From IMG/VR virus record IMGVR_UViG_3300020044_005221, positions 1 to 37,447 of that record: a DNA stretch of 37,447 nt. One strand, given 5' to 3'. The stretch is from a virus (taxonomy: Duplodnaviria > Caudoviricetes). How positions within the stretch are numbered: the stretch's first letter is position 1; every line of letters begins with the position of its first letter. Shown here in pieces: positions 27,069-34,676 of the stretch. Under the pieces are notes generated by a model. It was not told the origin of the DNA and ran no database searches. It saw nothing but the letters and a program-made list of their open reading frames with translations. The translations under genes were made by a program, and so were the position numbers.

Positions 27069-27698
27069 TCAATCCCAATTCAGTGCGTGGGTTCCTTGAT
27101 AAATATTATTCATAGCTAGCACAAGGTACTTAGCTGCGTGTATAGCATCAGCCAGCGGTGTATGAATAATACCGTTAAACTTAACCGAATCTTTATCTTC
27201 TTGACTTACGAATCGGTGAAGAGTATCCATGCAAGCTGTTTGATTATGTTTCCAAGGTATAGGCGTTCTTAACTTAGAAAAAGCATTAGTAATAATTGGG
27301 ATATCAAATGCACTTGGATCGCCGTAAACTAAGAAATTATCTTTAGGGCATTGTTTAATTACATAAAGAATATCATCGAGAATCTGCCCTAAGTTATCAT
27401 ATTCTCCTCTATCTTCCAGATAATGTCTTGCCATCTCTTGACTTGGAGCCATCCACCAATCAACTGTACCTTGTTCCACTTCGTAATTACCAAAGCGAGA
27501 ATCCTTAGTAGGATCATTGAATGTATCAGAGAGTATGTATTCCCTTGCGAATTGTACTTTTAAAGAAGGATCAAGAATCACTACACCAACCGCAAAAATT
27601 GCCGCTCTTAAATTAAGAGCAAATGTTTCCAAGTCAATAATGACATGATGAGTATTGAATGGATTAATTACTTTTCTACCTTTATGATCTACTGACAT
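27069..27698 (-). CDS. DEDDh 3'-5' exonuclease (DUF5051 / RNase T-like)
   Basis: IDLET, FDIPI, CMDT and HTPLADA motifs; TVDWW. Confidence 0.85.
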   Translation of the reverse strand: MSVDHKGRKVINPFNTHHVIIDLETFALNLRAAIFAVGVVILDPSLKVQFAREYILSDTFNDPTKDSRFGNYEVEQGTVDWWMAPSQEMARHYLEDRGEYDNLGQILDDILYVIKQCPKDNFLVYGDPSAFDIPIITNAFSKLRTPIPWKHNQTACMDTLHRFVSQEDKDSVKFNGIIHTPLADAIHAAKYLVLAMNNIYQGTHALNWD

Positions 27699-27732
27699 TT
27701 TAATTATTTCCTTTGGATTAATTTATACTAAC

Positions 27733-28530
27733 TTACATTCTTTGTTTTAGTAACTCTTTAATCTTCTGCTCAGGTGGAATAAAGTTAGGCCCCTTTTGGA
27801 ACTTATCATTTTCATCCTTAATAGGTTTACCATCTTCTCCTAACTTAGTCATGTTAGAAGCCATGATTATTTCTAATACTTCCATGATAGGAATGCCATT
27901 ACGAATTGCTTCACTTGTGATATAAACTATCATATCACCATACCAGTCAGCTAGCTGGGTAAGAGCTTCTAACCTACCTTCCTCACTAAAGGCAAACTGA
28001 CCTTGTAGAGTAAAAAGCATTTCATCACCTTCACTTAATTCTTTCCTCATGATATCAAGAAACTGCTGAGTTCTTATTGCCTGATTAGCTAAAAGACTTG
28101 GTGAGTTAGCTACAGGTAATTCATAAGTCTCATTCATCTTCTTAACTGAATCAAAGAACTTATCCCATTTATCAACTTGATTAGGTTCATATGTAGAGCA
28201 ATCATGCTCTCTATGTGCTGGAGGTATATCTAATAAACTAGAACTTTCTTGGTCCTCTTCAAGTTTATGCGCTACTAAATTACTAAAAATACCTCTCGCT
28301 TTATAAGCTCCTTCTATCTTCGCGTGCTCTGCCTTGGATAGTACTTCAAGTATAAGTACCATAGTAAGGGACGATAAACTTATTTGGTGTATTTTACCTA
28401 TTGACATTTCTTTCTCCTGTTGTTTATGTGAAGCTGGTGAAACTGTAAAAGGACTTTCTAATATTATATTATTAGCTTCTTCTAAGAGCTTTAAATGATT
28501 TTCAACTTCTGTTTGCTTAAATAGATACAT
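27733..28530 (-). CDS. Protein with C-terminal MazG/PRA-PH-type NTP pyrophosphohydrolase domain (alternative start 28407)
   Basis: ELSE...LADWYGDMIVY...IMASNMTKLGEDGKPI...KGPNFIPPE signature; RBSs before both 28530 and 28407. Confidence 0.8.
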   Translation of the reverse strand: MYLFKQTEVENHLKLLEEANNIILESPFTVSPASHKQQEKEMSIGKIHQISLSSLTMVLILEVLSKAEHAKIEGAYKARGIFSNLVAHKLEEDQESSSLLDIPPAHREHDCSTYEPNQVDKWDKFFDSVKKMNETYELPVANSPSLLANQAIRTQQFLDIMRKELSEGDEMLFTLQGQFAFSEEGRLEALTQLADWYGDMIVYITSEAIRNGIPIMEVLEIIMASNMTKLGEDGKPIKDENDKFQKGPNFIPPEQKIKELLKQRM

Positions 28531-29773
28531 CTTTTCTCTCCTCTTCCGTAAGTATATTCAAATCTACTTCCTTACCAGTAATCTTAAGATACTTACTATT
28601 AGCTACAAACTTATGATCCACTGCTGTTACTCGCCCCGCATAGATCAACTTACTCATTATACTTCTCAGATCATCAGGCTTTGCAAGATCATTATATACA
28701 TGTGCCCAAATTGCCTTCATATCTAAGAGAGGTACAGGCGACTCTTCAAGAAGAGATACAATCTTATTAGTGATATCTGAATCCGCTGACTTACCAAATT
28801 CTCCAAGGGCTGATGGCATTAGATGTTCTGCATAGGTGAGAATAGTATTTGCCTTAAGTACATCCTCTTCACTAATAGATACTTCTAATCTACACACGGC
28901 ATGAATGATAGAGAGCTTGATAAGATGAGTTAACCTTCTATTAGAATAAGATTCAAATCTAGCATCATGAATAGGTGGATGATGATGGTATATCTTATCT
29001 AATAACTTATAAGCTGCTGGTGCAAGCTCCATTGCTACGCCCTTATTTTGCTTCATAACTTGCATAGCATCTAGGATAATCTTACGTATCTCAATATCCG
29101 GCGCGGGCGGAATAGTCAATCTTGTACCTGTTTTCTTCCCTCCTATTATAAGAAGCCTTGAGAAAATACCTTGACCAATTGCTTCAATAGGAAAACCTAG
29201 TGAGAAACTCTGGGCTGTGTTCCCTGATAGGATAGAGATAGTAGGGTTATTAATATACGCTGACTTGGAGTTCTTAACCTTATTTTCATACACGCCATTA
29301 TAATCCCACAGATCACCTAACAGGGAAAGGAATTCTATATTACCATTACCTACAAATACATTGAACTCATCAGCAGCTATAAGTATCTCTGAATCTTCAT
29401 CAGGATTTATGCCGAATATATTCCTACTAACTAAAGCATTCTCATCTACAGGAGTTTCTAAATCTTCACCTGCTAAGTCAAGAAGAAACTTTTCTTTCGA
29501 TGTTTTATTGGCTGCAATATTATTATATCCTGCTTCTCGTAATAGCTTAACTGCCGTTTTAATTGCCGTTGTCTTTCTGGCGCCAGCATTCCCAAGAAGC
29601 ATCACATACATATTGCAGTTAATTCTTCCATCCCCAAAAGGGAGATAGTAACCTCTACCTAGCCAAGCTCCTATCATGGTTAGAAAACTCCAACGGTGAT
29701 ATATAATTGGAGCTTCTGTCTTACCTATCATGGCTAGATACAGTGAGAATAAATCTTCATCCTGGGTTAACAT
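28517..29773 (-). CDS. DUF3987-family P-loop ATPase, probable replicative helicase
   Basis: NMYVMLLGNAGARKTT Walker A, LIAADE Walker B, GIFSRL Arg-finger-like motif; near polA. Confidence 0.75.
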   Translation of the reverse strand: MLTQDEDLFSLYLAMIGKTEAPIIYHRWSFLTMIGAWLGRGYYLPFGDGRINCNMYVMLLGNAGARKTTAIKTAVKLLREAGYNNIAANKTSKEKFLLDLAGEDLETPVDENALVSRNIFGINPDEDSEILIAADEFNVFVGNGNIEFLSLLGDLWDYNGVYENKVKNSKSAYINNPTISILSGNTAQSFSLGFPIEAIGQGIFSRLLIIGGKKTGTRLTIPPAPDIEIRKIILDAMQVMKQNKGVAMELAPAAYKLLDKIYHHHPPIHDARFESYSNRRLTHLIKLSIIHAVCRLEVSISEEDVLKANTILTYAEHLMPSALGEFGKSADSDITNKIVSLLEESPVPLLDMKAIWAHVYNDLAKPDDLRSIMSKLIYAGRVTAVDHKFVANSKYLKITGKEVDLNILTEEERKDVSI

Positions 29774-29782
29774 ACATTTTAA

Positions 29783-29878
29783 TTACCTTTTATTTTGAAG
29801 ACCGGTGATTATGATATCTATTAGGAGGCCTAATAATACCCCCACAATTAATCCCCACATAGCAGTCTCGTCACACAT
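29783..29878 (-). CDS. 31-aa single-TM peptide (MCDETAMWGLIVGVLLGLLIDIIITGLQNKR)
   Basis: AAGGA RBS; ATG 1 nt after the upstream stop; hydrophobic core. Confidence 0.65.
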   Translation of the reverse strand: MCDETAMWGLIVGVLLGLLIDIIITGLQNKR

Positions 29879-30080
29879 ATTAATTATCCTTACTTAATCT
29901 CCAGCTTATCAAAAAAGCTATATAATCTCCTAACATATAAACTGAGGTTGTAATTCCTATAGCACTGGAGAAAGTCATTTTAAAGTCCGGCTGACTTATC
30001 CAATATACCCAATAAGTAATTAAAATAAAGTTAATTACTTGAAATAAAATAGCTTGGTTCTTGTTCATATTAATTATCCT
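29876..30080 (-). repeat. 15-nt direct repeat AGGATAATTAATATG (29876-29890 and 30066-30080)
   Basis: + strand CATATTAATTATCCT at both positions; each copy carries RBS, stop and start. Confidence 0.85.
29880..30068 (-). CDS. 62-aa two-TM membrane protein (start revised to 30068)
   Basis: GAGGA RBS before ATG 30068; two hydrophobic segments. Confidence 0.7.
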   Translation of the reverse strand: MNKNQAILFQVINFILITYWVYWISQPDFKMTFSSAIGITTSVYMLGDYIAFLISWRLSKDN

Positions 30081-30180
30081 CTGGATGAGTAAATAAAGAA
30101 TCCCAAAGCCAACCAAGGATTGCACCTATTATAGCAATGGATATTAATACACTTAAAAAATCTTCTGGCTCTATGCACAT
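30070..30180 (-). CDS. 36-aa single-TM peptide (MCIEPEDFLSVLISIAIIGAILGWLWDSLFTHPEDN)
   Basis: GGGGAG RBS within the polA 3' end; ATG abuts the polA stop. Confidence 0.65.
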   Translation of the reverse strand: MCIEPEDFLSVLISIAIIGAILGWLWDSLFTHPEDN

Positions 30181-32466
30181 CTAAATCTCTCCCCAATTAA
30201 GTGCGCCCTTACCATCATTACCAGCCTTGATAGCTGCGGGCACTGTGAATGTTCTTACCTTACCATCATACCCTTTAATAGTTACTGGTATCTCCATTCT
30301 CTTTCTTACCTCTTCACAAAGATACTCATGACCTTCTCTGAAAAGAAATAAGATTGAATCATGAATCTGCGCAAGTAATCTAAAGTTAGGTGCTATCTCA
30401 GGATTAATTGCCATCTCATAAAAGATAACCATAAATGCTCTATTAAGTGTCTGAGCATTAAGACTCTGTGCAACATGTGCTACATAAGCATTCTTATTTC
30501 TCTTATTCTTTACTGGATCACCAAAACAATATCTTACTAAACCTTGTGCAGATGCTTGATACTTAGCATCATGCGTAGCACGCGAAGTAATCATTCTAGT
30601 TCTCATTACCTCAGAGACAACACCAGGATAAAATATCTTACTTAGCCCAGGATAAGTTTTATGAAATCTATTTTCAAGAAGTTCCTCAGCTATCTGAGTA
30701 GCTGTCCAGAATCTAGGTAAGTTAAGAAGTCTACCTGCTTTATATACCTTCTCTTCACCCATCGTAGCCACTAGAACATTAGCACCCATAAGATAATTAG
30801 CACCATGATTCACTCTCTTCCCTAAGTCTCTTCTCTCTTTATCTATTACCTTCCCAGTTTTAGGATCAATAATATCTTCATAAGCACAGCCGAAGAAGCT
30901 AGCTGCATTAAGAGAATGAAAATCTCTCTCACCTGAGACTGCCGCTATTAACCTCTCCTCTCCGGCGGCATAAGCTGTATCCCTAGATTCTGCCTGCTCA
31001 AGATCACACTCAGCTATTCTCCAACCTGAAGGTGCAATCAATGTAGACTTAACAGTATCCCCATCACGTGGTATATTTTGTATCTGCAATCCACACCAGA
31101 AGTGATGTTCTTTAGAAGCTAATCTTGTAGTATCTGTACCATGAGGATTAAGAGCATAAAGAACTTTACCTTTAAACTCTTTACCTTCTGTGATATAGGT
31201 ACTTAATAATTTCTTAGCTTCCTGTATCTCAAGAATTTTATTTACCAATCTTGATAAGAGTGGATGTCTGTAAGCTGCCTTAAGTAAGGACTTCTCATCA
31301 GTGCTTTTTTCTGCTATATCTGCACAACCAAAGATACTTAATAGCTTCTTCTTCTGTTTAGGACTAGCTGAATTAAACACTTGACCTTCTGGAAAGTTTA
31401 AACACTTACTTAATTCAAGTGTAGCATCATAGCCTACTTTATTCCATTCTTCATTCACCTTTTTAAGTCTAGGAATATCACGATCAATTCCAGTAAGCTC
31501 ACATAATACAGCAGGAAAATTAAGAGGGAATTCATTCTTATAATTTTCTATTGCCCACTGCGGCATTTCATTTAATGCACTTAGCGCGGCCATGAGAGTA
31601 GCCCAAGTATCTTTAGCATTATAAAGAAGTTGATCTTGCATATCTCCTGACTTAGATAAGTCTTTCCAGAATGCTGCTTCACGCACAAAGAAAGCTTGAA
31701 GGAATCCTAAGTTCTTTGGTAACTCAGAATACCAACAATGGAATAGATTGACTGTGTCTAAGAAATAATTATACAGTGGACAGTTATACATCATGAGATA
31801 GTTAATATCATACTTCCCATTTTGTAATACTTTGAGTGCTGGCAGCGCATTGAATCTAGCCATCCACTCTACATCAACCATAGATTCTATCTTAAATACT
31901 ATACTATATGCTTTATACTTATTACCTTCTAAGAATAATCCAGTATAAGCGATACTTTTAATATAAGGTACAGGCTCTTTACCAGTCTCAATATCCACTG
32001 AGGTTATAAGAGAGGATTTAAATAACTCTAAAGTTGTCTCTCTCTTACTATCTAAAATAGCCCACTCAAACTTAGGAAACTTAAGCCACTTTTCTGGGGT
32101 AGCTAACTTAGATATAAATCTTTGCGCCAGAAACTTCCCATAGGTAAAGGTAATTAAATGAGCAAGCGGACGCAGAACTACATACTCTATCTCACCGTAC
32201 TTAAAATAACTTCCAGCATAATCATTAATTGATGCTTCCGATGCAGATACTTTAGCACCTACTAACTTCTGTAAGAATGCGTGAGAAGTTACTAATACTC
32301 CTGAATATCCTTTAGCTTTACAGATAGCATTTACTTCAAAGAAAGTAGAAGGTACTGCAAGAGTCTGATGAATCACTAAGCCTGGAAAAGATTCCGCTAC
32401 TAATTTAAGAGTAGGAAAGTAAGGTACATCAGCATGACTTGCTATTAGTAAGAGTTTCATTCTCAC
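30181..32466 (-). CDS. polA: Family A DNA polymerase with 3'-5' exonuclease
   Basis: Exo I DIET, Exo II NGKYD, Exo III YNAKD; TTRLAS, QNIPR; motif A DLEQAESR, motif B RDLGKRVNHGANY, motif C IHDS. Confidence 0.95.
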   Translation of the reverse strand: MRMKLLLIASHADVPYFPTLKLVAESFPGLVIHQTLAVPSTFFEVNAICKAKGYSGVLVTSHAFLQKLVGAKVSASEASINDYAGSYFKYGEIEYVVLRPLAHLITFTYGKFLAQRFISKLATPEKWLKFPKFEWAILDSKRETTLELFKSSLITSVDIETGKEPVPYIKSIAYTGLFLEGNKYKAYSIVFKIESMVDVEWMARFNALPALKVLQNGKYDINYLMMYNCPLYNYFLDTVNLFHCWYSELPKNLGFLQAFFVREAAFWKDLSKSGDMQDQLLYNAKDTWATLMAALSALNEMPQWAIENYKNEFPLNFPAVLCELTGIDRDIPRLKKVNEEWNKVGYDATLELSKCLNFPEGQVFNSASPKQKKKLLSIFGCADIAEKSTDEKSLLKAAYRHPLLSRLVNKILEIQEAKKLLSTYITEGKEFKGKVLYALNPHGTDTTRLASKEHHFWCGLQIQNIPRDGDTVKSTLIAPSGWRIAECDLEQAESRDTAYAAGEERLIAAVSGERDFHSLNAASFFGCAYEDIIDPKTGKVIDKERRDLGKRVNHGANYLMGANVLVATMGEEKVYKAGRLLNLPRFWTATQIAEELLENRFHKTYPGLSKIFYPGVVSEVMRTRMITSRATHDAKYQASAQGLVRYCFGDPVKNKRNKNAYVAHVAQSLNAQTLNRAFMVIFYEMAINPEIAPNFRLLAQIHDSILFLFREGHEYLCEEVRKRMEIPVTIKGYDGKVRTFTVPAAIKAGNDGKGALNWGEI

Positions 32467-32843
32467 AATCCTAAGTATGTCGCTTCGTAATCAGCCTTTT
32501 GCTCTTCAGTGAAAAGATCATTAGAGTACATGTAAGTAAAAGCCAATTCACTCTCAGTTGAATTAAGATTCTCTTGGCCAAGTTCACATAATTTTTTGTA
32601 AGCATTGTGTCTTAACTCTTCTATTGATAAGTTACTTGCTGTACTTGACTTAATTACACTCTTAGAACCTGAAGTAGAGCTTGCTGTGAATGCAGGCTTA
32701 ACAAGATTATTTTGAATCTTAACTAACTGAACTCTTATCGCCGCTACTATCTTAAGCATCATAGGATTAGTGGAGATAGATAGCTCTTTCTCAAGCTCTA
32801 TTAACTCTTCTTCTGTGAGAGTAAGTCTATACTTTGGAATCAT
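32463..32843 (-). CDS. Hypothetical protein coupled to polA (start revised to ATG 32843)
   Basis: AAAGGT before ATG 32843; the track's TTG start at 32873 lies inside an RNA stem; 4-nt overlap with polA. Confidence 0.7.
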   Translation of the reverse strand: MIPKYRLTLTEEELIELEKELSISTNPMMLKIVAAIRVQLVKIQNNLVKPAFTASSTSGSKSVIKSSTASNLSIEELRHNAYKKLCELGQENLNSTESELAFTYMYSNDLFTEEQKADYEATYLGL

Positions 32844-32864
32844 ATTATGTACCTTTGTGAATCT

Positions 32865-32964
32865 AATTAACAAGTTGAGACGAATAGATGGCTAGAGCGG
32901 CTAGCTTCCCTTAACACGCAGATCTCAGATCCCATACGTGAGCTATTCATCTCACTTCTTAACT
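32865..32964 (-). ncRNA. Structured RNA element, copy A (long stem with three-way junction)
   Basis: AGUUAA/UUAAUU, G-G, AAG/CUU, bulged A, UGAGAUGAAUAG/CUAUUCGUCUCA; hairpins CACGUA/UGCGUG and GCUAG/CUAGC; G-U pairs work only on the - strand. Confidence 0.72.
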
Positions 32965-33040
32965 CTCCGTATCGCCGGAGAAACGCGACCGCTTAGAGTA
33001 TATGCGGTGCCATCGTAACGTCATGGCTCTACCCTAACGT
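32964..33040 (-). ncRNA. Hairpin cluster with candidate pseudoknot
   Basis: GCCAU/AUGGC, ACCGC/GCGGU and UCUCCG/CGGAGA hairpins; UUAGGGUA complementary to loop UACUCUAA. Confidence 0.5.
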
Positions 33041-33055
33041 ACTACTAACTAAGAC

Positions 33056-33652
33056 TTACTTACTACCTATTTTCAATCCACCTAATTTAGGTGTTTCCGC
33101 AGGAGTTTCTTGAGTAGGTGCTTCAGCTTCAACAGCTTCTGGTGCCGCAGCCGATGCAGTGTAATCACCGAAAGTAACATCTACCAAGTTGGTATATTTG
33201 CGGTCTTTATCTTTCTTACTTTGCACCTGTTTGGTAACAAAGTTAGCTTCGATATTCTGCAACTCAGCAATCAATGAAGAGATAGGAGCTTTGAGATATT
33301 CCTCAGAGGTGATATCAACACCATTCTGTTCCATGATTGAGTTCATGATAGCCTTGTAACTACCTTGGCCAAACTCATTACCAGAGCCATAAATGATAGT
33401 TACCTTGTCACCAGCCGCAGCAGGTACATCTTTAGAAGGATCGGAGAGTTCCAAAGTTTCGATAACTTCCAGATCAATAGTCCAGGCTAAATTACCGCCT
33501 AAACTTTTTGCTCCGAAGCTTGCTTTACAACGATGCACACCGTCAGGTAACTGAGTAAATTCCGGCATATCTGCTAAGTCACCAATTGCCGTTTGATCCA
33601 TTAGAGCATTGATTTCATCTTGAGTAAGTTCACGTTGATTATCTTGTGACAT
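33056..33652 (-). CDS. Putative single-stranded DNA-binding protein (DUF669-like)
   Basis: Acidic; FTQLPDGVHRC N-terminal and KDRKYTNL C-terminal patterns; A/E/P tail; follows the AAA ATPase. Confidence 0.7.
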   Translation of the reverse strand: MSQDNQRELTQDEINALMDQTAIGDLADMPEFTQLPDGVHRCKASFGAKSLGGNLAWTIDLEVIETLELSDPSKDVPAAAGDKVTIIYGSGNEFGQGSYKAIMNSIMEQNGVDITSEEYLKAPISSLIAELQNIEANFVTKQVQSKKDKDRKYTNLVDVTFGDYTASAAAPEAVEAEAPTQETPAETPKLGGLKIGSK

Positions 33653-33764
33653 TTTAATTTCCTTTAATTTAAGATTGACATTTACAGTTAAGTTACTTTT
33701 AGATTAATAGATATATTACATGCTACTTATTCAAAGCATCTATCAGACTTTAAATCCTTATAAA

Positions 33765-34676
33765 TTATTTCTTCCCTAATTTAAGACCGCCTAACTTTCC
33801 AGCAGCTTGCTGATTACTCGAAGGTAATGCTACTTTAGGAGCTTGACTTACGTTACCTACCTTACCCTTAGTCTCTACAATATTACCTTCCATATACTCT
33901 TTAAAGATAGGTATCAATGAAGGTTCTGGTAAATCTTCAATTGCTTGCCCTGATCTACTTCCCGTGACAAACATATTACTTGCTGTTGACTTTGAGTACG
34001 CCTTATGTTGCCGATTAACTACCTCAGTGAAGATAACTGTAGAGAACTTAGCCATGATATTCTGACTCATATCTTTAGAGCCATATTGAGGTACTAACTT
34101 AGTTCTCTTATCTTCCATCGCTACTTCTACTGGGGTAGCTGTAACTATTAGATTAAATGGAGAACCTTGCATCTGACTAGCACCATATTCAGAGTATCTC
34201 CTAACTTCACCCCAATCATCCCTTTCAGGCTTATAATCAAAATCCTTATCTTTAAGTACATAAGCTAGTTGAGATAAACCAAACTGAGTAAGGGAGTCAA
34301 TTACAACTATATCTTTCCTAGGATCAAGATTAGTAAGATCAACTTTCTGAATCACTCCACTTGTACGACATGCAGGACAGTTAATTAACCCATGCTTAAG
34401 GCATATGTCAGCCTTTCTAAATTTAAGAAGATTAAGTAACGTATTACAAGCCACTGGATTAGATGCACTATCAGGTATTCTAATGATATCAATATTACGC
34501 TTATATTCATCAGGGAGCTTAACTAATGTTTCAGTGGCATTCTCAAGATCAATCCAGATCATATGATAGTCTTTAGCTAGAGTAGCTGCTAATGTTGACT
34601 TACCACTTTTAGACATTCCATATATAAGAAGTCTCATGATTGTAAAATTCTCTTGATATTCCATTAATGGTATCAT
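33765..34676 (-). CDS. AAA_24 / Sak4-like ATPase with Zn-finger insert
   Basis: LIYGMSKSGKST, IDLE, VVIDSLT; CxxH...CxxC insert. Confidence 0.85.
   Translation of the reverse strand: MIPLMEYQENFTIMRLLIYGMSKSGKSTLAATLAKDYHMIWIDLENATETLVKLPDEYKRNIDIIRIPDSASNPVACNTLLNLLKFRKADICLKHGLINCPACRTSGVIQKVDLTNLDPRKDIVVIDSLTQFGLSQLAYVLKDKDFDYKPERDDWGEVRRYSEYGASQMQGSPFNLIVTATPVEVAMEDKRTKLVPQYGSKDMSQNIMAKFSTVIFTEVVNRQHKAYSKSTASNMFVTGSRSGQAIEDLPEPSLIPIFKEYMEGNIVETKGKVGNVSQAPKVALPSSNQQAAGKLGGLKLGKK

Noticed and set aside
24208-32466. 2-aminoadenine or other modified-base system
   Set aside because: No PurZ-, DatZ-, queuosine-pathway- or glycosyltransferase-like genes visible; MazG-like genes alone are insufficient.
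32865-32964. tRNA gene (contains UAGCUCA)
   Set aside because: No T-loop GUUCRA, no 7-nt anticodon loop in the right place, no 3' CCA.
32983-33040. Pistol ribozyme (UUAGGG ... CUCUAAGCG resemblance)
   Set aside because: No P1 hairpin tightly enclosing UUAGGG, no AAAUA-type linker and no P2/P3 with a GU cleavage site; kept only as an unclassified pseudoknot candidate.
33653-33764. Degenerate scaffold copy or + strand sigma70 promoter (TTGACA at 33676; another at 26685)
   Set aside because: Only a weak AT-rich 8-bp stem; no well-spaced -10 box, and the orientation is antisense.
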